A stretch of 64,000 bases of DNA, taken from an uncultured delta proteobacterium. Its GTDB lineage: Bacteria; Desulfobacterota; Binatia; Binatales; Binataceae. The translations under genes were made by a program, and so were the position numbers. The stretch covers positions 352,001 through 416,000 of the forward strand of contig CAVXXK010000003.1 in NCBI GenBank assembly GCA_963765675.1, written 5' to 3'. Below, in pieces: positions 58,206-64,000 of the stretch (positions are counted from its first letter, which is position 1; each line of letters opens with the position of its first letter). Under the pieces are notes generated by a model. The model did no database searches. It had not been told where the DNA came from and worked only from the letters and a program-made list of their open reading frames with translations.

Positions 58206-59048
58206 CTACTTCGACGCGCCGGTGTTTGCCGAGACGCCGCGCGCACCGCGCATCGCAGTTTTCATCGCGCCGACGAGATCGCCGATCGCGCTGATCATTC
58301 CGTTTTGTCCGTGCTGTTCCGCCAGCATCGAGATCGCGCTTCCGACCACGACCGCGTCGGCAAACGAAGCCACGCGTGCGGCCTGCTCGGGCGTCGAGAT
58401 GCCGAAGCCCACACCGATCGGCAAATCGGTGACCTGGCGCAGCGCGCTTATGTGCTCGGCGAGGTCGTCGGGCAAATGAGCACGCGCGCCGGTCACGCCC
58501 GTTACCGATACGTAATAGAGAAAGCCGCTGGCGCGCGCGGTAATTTTGCGATTGCGCTCGAGCGGCGTCGTCGGCGCGAGCAGATAGATCAGCTCGAGGC
58601 CATTGGCCCGCACGGGTTTCGCGAGCGGCGCGCTTTCCTCGGGCGGAAGATCGACCGCCAGGATCCCGTCCACTCCGGCGCTGGCAGCGTCGCGCGCGAG
58701 CTGCTCGCATCCGTAGTGCATGTATGGATTGTAGTAGCCGAACAGGATGATCGGAATTTCGGTTTCTTTGCGCAGCTCCGAAACCATCGCGAGTATCGCG
58801 GCGAGCGACGCGCCGGTCTTGAGTCCGCGAGCGATCGCGCGCTGATTGGCGGGCCCGTCGGCCATTGGATCGGAAAACGGCACGCCGAGCTCGATCAGGT
58901 CCGCGCCGCGGCGTTCGAGTTCAAGCACCAGGCGCTGCGTGGTTTCCATGTCAGGATCACCGGCTACGATAAACGGAATCAGCGCGGCCTCGCCGCGCGC
59001 GCGAAGCTCGCGGAACTTGGCCGCGATTCTTTTCGGATGACGCGCCAT
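58206..59048 (-). CDS. trpA: Tryptophan synthase alpha chain
   Basis: AGDP, ELGVPFSDPMADGP, YYNP, DLPPEE, VSVTGVTG, GFGI, VVGSA. Confidence 0.97.
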   Translation of the reverse strand: MARHPKRIAAKFRELRARGEAALIPFIVAGDPDMETTQRLVLELERRGADLIELGVPFSDPMADGPANQRAIARGLKTGASLAAILAMVSELRKETEIPIILFGYYNPYMHYGCEQLARDAASAGVDGILAVDLPPEESAPLAKPVRANGLELIYLLAPTTPLERNRKITARASGFLYYVSVTGVTGARAHLPDDLAEHISALRQVTDLPIGVGFGISTPEQAARVASFADAVVVGSAISMLAEQHGQNGMISAIGDLVGAMKTAMRGARGVSANTGASK

Positions 59049-60254
59049 TATGCGACCTCCCTGAGTGACACGCCGAGAGCGCGCGCGACGGTGCTCATAT
59101 CCTTGTCGCCGCGTCCCGACAGGTTGACGATAATCACCTGCTCTTTGGGAAGCGTCGGCGCGAGCTTGGCGGTGTAGGCGACTGCATGCGAGCTTTCGAG
59201 CGCGGGAATAATTCCCTCGGTCTCGGACAGGAGCCGAAACGCGTCGAGCGCCTCCGCATCTGTAACGGCAGCATACTCCGCGCGGCCGATGTCCTTCAGA
59301 TGCGCGAGCTCGGGACCGACGCCCGGGTAATCAAGTCCCGCCGCGATCGAATGCGTATCGCGAATCTGGCCGAGCTCATCCTGCAGGAGCAACGTGCGGT
59401 TCCCGTGCAGGACGCCCGGCGTGCCGCTGGTCAGCGTCGCAGCGTGGCTGGGACCGTTGAGGCCAAGCCCGCCAGCCTCGACGAAGATCATCCGCACGTT
59501 CTTGTCCTTGATAAACGGATGCATCAGCCCGATCGCATTGGAGCCTCCATTGACGCAGGCGATGAGAACATCGGGCAGACGTCCTTCGTGCTTGACGATC
59601 TGCTTGCGCGCCTCGCGTCCGATCACGGTCTGGAAGTCACGCACGATCATCGGGTAGGGATGCGGTCCAGCGGCCGATGCCGATCAGGTAATAGGTGTCG
59701 CGCACGGTCGCGGTCCAATCGCGCAGCGCTTCGCTCATCGCGTCTTTAAGGCTCTTGGTTCCGGAATCAACCGCGTGGACTTTCGCGCCCAGCAGCTTCA
59801 TGCGAAAGACGTTGAGCGCCTGACGCTCGACGTCGACTGAGCCCATGAAGACCTCGCACGAGCGCTGGAACAACGCCGCGAAAGTCGCCGTCGCAACGCC
59901 GTGCTGGCCGGCTCCGGTCTCGGCGCTGATGCGCTGCTTCTTCATGCGCACCGCGAGGAGCGCCTGGCCGAGAGCGTTGTTGGCTTTGTGCGCGCCGGTG
60001 TGGCACAGGTCCTCGCGCTTGAGATAAATTTTCGCGCCGCCCAGTTTCGCAGTCAGGTTCGCGCAGAAGAACAGCGGCGTCGGACGACCGATATACTCGC
60101 GCGAATATTTTTCCAGCTCGGCGTGAAATTTCGGATCGCGCCGCGCCTCCTTGTAGGCCTGTTCGAGCTCGAACAGCGCGGGCATCAGGGTTTCGGCGAC
60201 AAACTTTCCGCCGAATTCGCCGAAGTGGCCGTGAGTGTCAGGAGATGCGGGCAT
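59048..60254 (-). CDS. trpB: Tryptophan synthase beta chain; +1 frameshift near 59678
   Basis: [12 protein letters not shown] (PLP Lys), AETGAGQHG, |[39 protein letters not shown]. Confidence 0.96.
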
Positions 60255-60849
60255 TTGCGATGAAGCTCCTCAGTTTAGAGTGATCTTTTTCGCCCGGCGC
60301 CGATTCGACGCCGCTGGCGCAATCGAGCGCAAACGGTAAGAGGGCCGCCGCGGCGCGCGCGTTCTCCGGGGCCAATCCTCCCGAGATAATCACGCGCGAC
60401 AAATCGAGTCCGCAAGCTCGTCGAACGGGCGCGCGACTCCGGTGCCGCCGTAGAGCGATGGATGAAACGAATCGAGCAGCGCGAAGTCCGCGCGAACTTG
60501 CGCCAGAGCTGCGGCCGCGTCGCCGGCGCGCAGGCGGATCGCGCGAATGACCGGGACCGGCCATCCTGAAAGCGCCTCCGCGTCTTCATCACCGTGAAAC
60601 TGGAGCATGTCGAGCGCGAGCGCGGCACGGCGCTCTTCGATAAACGCGCGAGCTCGCGTTGACGAAGACGCCGACCAAAATCGCGTGGCGGCCGATCGCG
60701 GCGCGAATCGCGAGCGCGCGTTCCAGATCGATCGAACGCGGACTCGGCGCATAGAAATTTATCCCGATCATATCGGCACCCGCGTTGATCGCAGCCGTCG
60801 CGTCCTCGACGCGGGTGACGCCGCAAATTTTTATCCGCACCGTCATCAC
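60238..60849 (-). CDS. trpF: Phosphoribosylanthranilate isomerase; frameshifts near 60652 and 60412
   Basis: IKICG, VGVFVN | LQFHGDE, LLDS, GGTG | IISGGL..ENA, DCASGVE..PGEKD across three frames. Confidence 0.92.
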
Positions 60850-61643
60850 GCATCGCTCCGTTCGCTGAGCGCATGCGTTAGCGCGCTCAGGCGCGCGCGA
60901 GGCGAATCGCCGCGCAACAGATTTTCGCCGATCAGAAAAGCCCGCGCGCCCGCGGCGTCGAGACGGCGAATATCGGCCGGACTGTCGATACCGCTTTCCG
61001 AAACTATCAGCGCGTCGCCGTGATAATCCGCCAGCAGTCGCTCGGTGACGGCGATATCGGTCACGAAGCTGTGCAAATCGCGGTTGTTGATTCCGACGAG
61101 GCGGGCGCCGATCCGCGCCGCATCATCCATCTCGCGCGCGTCGTGGACCTCGACCAACGCGGCGAGGCCGAGTGAAGCCGCAAGCACGTGAAGCTCGCGC
61201 AGCTCGGGCTCCGAAAGCATCGCGACGATTAGCAGGATACAGTCCGCGCCGGCCGCCCGCGCTTCGTACACCTGGTACGGATCGAAAATGAAATCTTTGC
61301 GCAGAATCGGGAGAGCAACGGCGGCGCGAGCGGCGCGCAGATCGAGAATCGAGCCCTTGAAATGGACGTCGGTAAGAACCGAGAGGCAGGCCGCGCCGCC
61401 GGCCGCGTATTCGCGCGCGACCGCGGCCGGATCGAGGTCGGGCGAAATATCGCCCTTGCTCGGCGAGGCGCGTTTGATCTCGGCGATGATCGCCGGACGC
61501 TTCGCCCGCAGCGCGGCAACGAAATCGCGCGGTGTGGACGCCCTCTCGGCGGCGGCTCGCACGGTCTCGAGCGGAACGCGAGCGCGAACCGCCGCTACTT
61601 CCTCCCGCTTGGCCGCGAATATTTTATCGAGTATCGAGCTCAT
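60846..61643 (-). CDS. trpC: Indole-3-glycerol phosphate synthase
   Basis: IAEIKRASPSKG, SVLTD, LRKDF, LVEVH, GINNRDL, VSESGI. Confidence 0.97.
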   Translation of the reverse strand: MSSILDKIFAAKREEVAAVRARVPLETVRAAAERASTPRDFVAALRAKRPAIIAEIKRASPSKGDISPDLDPAAVAREYAAGGAACLSVLTDVHFKGSILDLRAARAAVALPILRKDFIFDPYQVYEARAAGADCILLIVAMLSEPELRELHVLAASLGLAALVEVHDAREMDDAARIGARLVGINNRDLHSFVTDIAVTERLLADYHGDALIVSESGIDSPADIRRLDAAGARAFLIGENLLRGDSPRARLSALTHALSERSDA

Positions 61644-62689
61644 CGCCGATGCTTCTCGGGTTCGCCGCCGCTCGTGCGAACCAGTTTGTCGATTGTAGCC
61701 AGGGCGCGGCGGGAATTGATCACCTCGCGCGCAATATGTACGCCCTCGCCGATCGAACTCGCTGCGCCACCGATATGAATCGCCGCGCCCGCATTGAGCG
61801 CCAACACGTCGCTCGCCGGCCCGCTGTTGCCCGATAGCGCGGCGCGCAGCATTTCCGCGGAGGCGGCGGCGCCCTCAGCACCGATAGAATTGAGGGCGGC
61901 GCGCGCGACGCCAAAGTCCTCGGGCGCGATTTCGTACTCGCGGATTTCGTGGTCCACGCGAACCTCGGCGACCATCGTCGGCGCCGAGAGTGAAATCTCA
62001 TCCAAGCCATCGCAGCCCGACACCACGATCGCGTGGACCGCGCCGAGCGCCGCGATCGCCTCGGCCATCGGGCGAAGCAGCTTGCTATCCCCTACTCCGA
62101 TCAACGCGCGATTTGGATCGGCAGGATTGCTGAGCGGGCCGAGCAGATTGAAAATCGTGCGCGTCGCCAGGGTGCGTCGCAGCGGCGCCAGCCGCGCCAT
62201 CACCGGATGATACGCGGGCGCGAGGATGAAGCAGATGGCCGCCTCCCGCACGCATCGCGCGAGAACCTTGGGACCCGGATCGATATTCACGCCCAGATGC
62301 TCGAGCAAGTCGGCGGCGCCTACTGTTCCCGTGATCGCACGATTACCGTGCTTGGCGACCGCGACTCCAGCCGCGGCCGCGACAATCGCGGCCCCGGTCG
62401 AGATGTTGAATGTCCCCGCGCCGTCGCCGCCTGTTCCGACTACGTCGATCAAATTGTCGCCGAGGTCGAGGGCGCGCGCTCGCGAGCGCATCGCGCGCGC
62501 CGCTCCGATCAGTTCGCCTGCGGATTCGCCCTTGAGCTTGAGCGCGATCAGAAACGCCGCGACCAACGCGTCGGGCGCGGCGTCGCCACCATCGAGAATT
62601 TCCGCGAACGCGCGCTCGGCGTCCGCAGCCTCTAGCGAGCGGCCGGCGATAACCGCATCGAAGGCGTGGCGCAGATCGCTCGTCTTCAT
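61640..62689 (-). CDS. trpD: Anthranilate phosphoribosyltransferase
   Basis: [36 protein letters not shown]. Confidence 0.96.
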   Translation of the reverse strand: MKTSDLRHAFDAVIAGRSLEAADAERAFAEILDGGDAAPDALVAAFLIALKLKGESAGELIGAARAMRSRARALDLGDNLIDVVGTGGDGAGTFNISTGAAIVAAAAGVAVAKHGNRAITGTVGAADLLEHLGVNIDPGPKVLARCVREAAICFILAPAYHPVMARLAPLRRTLATRTIFNLLGPLSNPADPNRALIGVGDSKLLRPMAEAIAALGAVHAIVVSGCDGLDEISLSAPTMVAEVRVDHEIREYEIAPEDFGVARAALNSIGAEGAAASAEMLRAALSGNSGPASDVLALNAGAAIHIGGAASSIGEGVHIAREVINSRRALATIDKLVRTSGGEPEKHRR

Positions 62690-63276
62690 CGACAAAGTCC
62701 TTCCAGGAAATTTGCGAGCAGATGCTTTCCCTCCGGCGTGCCGATCGACTCGGGATGAAACTGCACGCCCTCGACGCGCAAAGTCTTGTGCCGTATTCCC
62801 ATCAGTTCATTCTCGGCGGTGCGCGCGCTGACCTCGAGGCAATCGGGCAACGATTCAGTCTCGACAATCAGCGAATGATAGCGCATCGCGTCGAACTTCT
62901 GCGGAAGCCCGGCGAAGATCGTGCGGCCGTCGTGAATGACCGGCGACGTTTTGCCGTGCATCAGGCGTCCCGCGCGGGCCACTTTGCCGCCGAATGCGTC
63001 GCCGATACATTGCATGCCGAGGCAGACGCCGAGAATCGGGACTTCGCCGCCGAGCTCGCGCACAATCGCGAGCGAGATGCCCGCCTCTTTGGGCGTACAC
63101 GGGCCGGGCGAGATTACGATCGCGTCGGGACGCATCGCGCGCGCGCCCGCCACATCGATCGCGTCGTTGCGCTTGACCGTCACGCCCGCGCCTAGCTCGC
63201 CGAGATATTGCACCAGGTTATAGGTAAACGAATCGTAGTTATCGATCATCAGGAGATTGATTTTATGATCCGGCAT
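62686..63276 (-). CDS. trpG: Anthranilate synthase component II (glutamine amidotransferase)
   Basis: [38 protein letters not shown]. Confidence 0.96.
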   Translation of the reverse strand: MPDHKINLLMIDNYDSFTYNLVQYLGELGAGVTVKRNDAIDVAGARAMRPDAIVISPGPCTPKEAGISLAIVRELGGEVPILGVCLGMQCIGDAFGGKVARAGRLMHGKTSPVIHDGRTIFAGLPQKFDAMRYHSLIVETESLPDCLEVSARTAENELMGIRHKTLRVEGVQFHPESIGTPEGKHLLANFLEGLCR

Positions 63277-63282
63277 CGCGGT

Positions 63283-64000
63283 TTACCTCGCGCCCGGGGC
63301 GGTCTCGAACTCGCGCGCCGCTTGCAGCGCACGGACCATCGCGCGCGCCTTGTTGACCGACTCCTCGAACTCGGCGGCGGGATCGGAATCGGCGACCACG
63401 CCGCCGCCGGCCTGGATGTAAACCCGGTTATTTTTGATTAGCAGCGTGCGCAACGCGATCGCGGTGTCAGTATTGCCGGTGTAGCTGAAATATCCGACCG
63501 CGCCGGCATAGACGCCGCGGCGAGTGTTCTCGAGCTCGTCGATTATCTGCATCGCGCGGATTTTCGGCGCTCCCGACACGGTGCCCTGCGGAAAGGTCGC
63601 GCGGAACGCATCGAACGCGTCGCACTCCTCGCGCAGCTTTCCGATCACGTTGGATACGATATGCATCACGTGCGAATAGCGCTCGACCACCATGTACTCG
63701 GTGACCTTGACCGAGCCGATCTCCGAAACCCGGCCGACGTCGTTGCGCCCGAGGTCTACCAGCATCACATGCTCGGCGCGCTCCTTGGGATCGGCCAGCA
63801 GCTCGGTCTCCATCGCGCGATCTTCCTCGTCAGTCTTTCCGCGCGGACGGGTGCCGGCGATCGGGCGCAAGGTAACTTCGCGCCCCTCGACTCGCACCAT
63901 CACTTCGGGCGACGCGCCAACGAGGGTATGGTCGCCGAGGCGGAGATAGAACATGTAGGGCGACGGATTGATCGCGCGCAGGCTGCGGTAAATGTTGAAC
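63283..64000 (-). CDS. trpE: Anthranilate synthase component I (5' part outside the window)
   Basis: [52 protein letters not shown]. Confidence 0.96.
   Translation of the reverse strand, partial: FNIYRSLRAINPSPYMFYLRLGDHTLVGASPEVMVRVEGREVTLRPIAGTRPRGKTDEEDRAMETELLADPKERAEHVMLVDLGRNDVGRVSEIGSVKVTEYMVVERYSHVMHIVSNVIGKLREECDAFDAFRATFPQGTVSGAPKIRAMQIIDELENTRRGVYAGAVGYFSYTGNTDTAIALRTLLIKNNRVYIQAGGGVVADSDPAAEFEESVNKARAMVRALQAAREFETAPGAR

Noticed and set aside
1-64000. CRISPR arrays, rRNA, transposases, integrases, prophage and defence genes
   Set aside because: No regularly spaced repeats or matching protein motifs were seen anywhere in the window.

Overview
High-GC bacterial chromosomal window. 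The gene style suggests a soil deltaproteobacterium-like lineage such as Candidatus Binatota; this is an inference, not a determination. The left arm (1-20.3 kb) carries a complete A1-type cytochrome c oxidase operon (ctaC, ctaD, ctaA, ctaB, two subunit III genes, subunit IV, DUF420 and two very small membrane ORFs) plus transport and catabolic genes. The right arm (43-64 kb) carries tRNA-Arg(CCT), an ABC-2 pair, UbiA, folC, a thiolase/DUF35 pair, tricorn protease, accD and trpEGDCFBA. Between them lies a ~22.7 kb accessory island (~20.3-43.0 kb) abutting the 3' end of the tRNA. The island has three parts: (i) decayed genes (an RHS toxin/immunity tandem, an MsrP-like fragment, an sdhB fragment); (ii) a carbon/stress block (FadF-like oxidoreductase, glycogen debranching enzyme apparently fused to DUF488, SDR, Rieske-FAD reductase, transketolase); (iii) the best candidate for an undescribed system, a ~10 kb nitrite/NO module. 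In that module a near-consensus NsrR operator sits between two divergent promoters. It is flanked by nsrR, four hemerythrin-like diiron proteins (three carrying DUF2249-type domains), SufT, GNAT, ferredoxin, a stand-alone PAS protein, cupin, an NnrS-like protein, other membrane proteins, a cupredoxin and a Tat-exported NirK. No NO reductase or flavohaemoglobin is present in the window. Ten single-base frameshifts in eight otherwise intact genes look like long-read consensus errors. All family assignments come from motif recognition by eye, without database searches.
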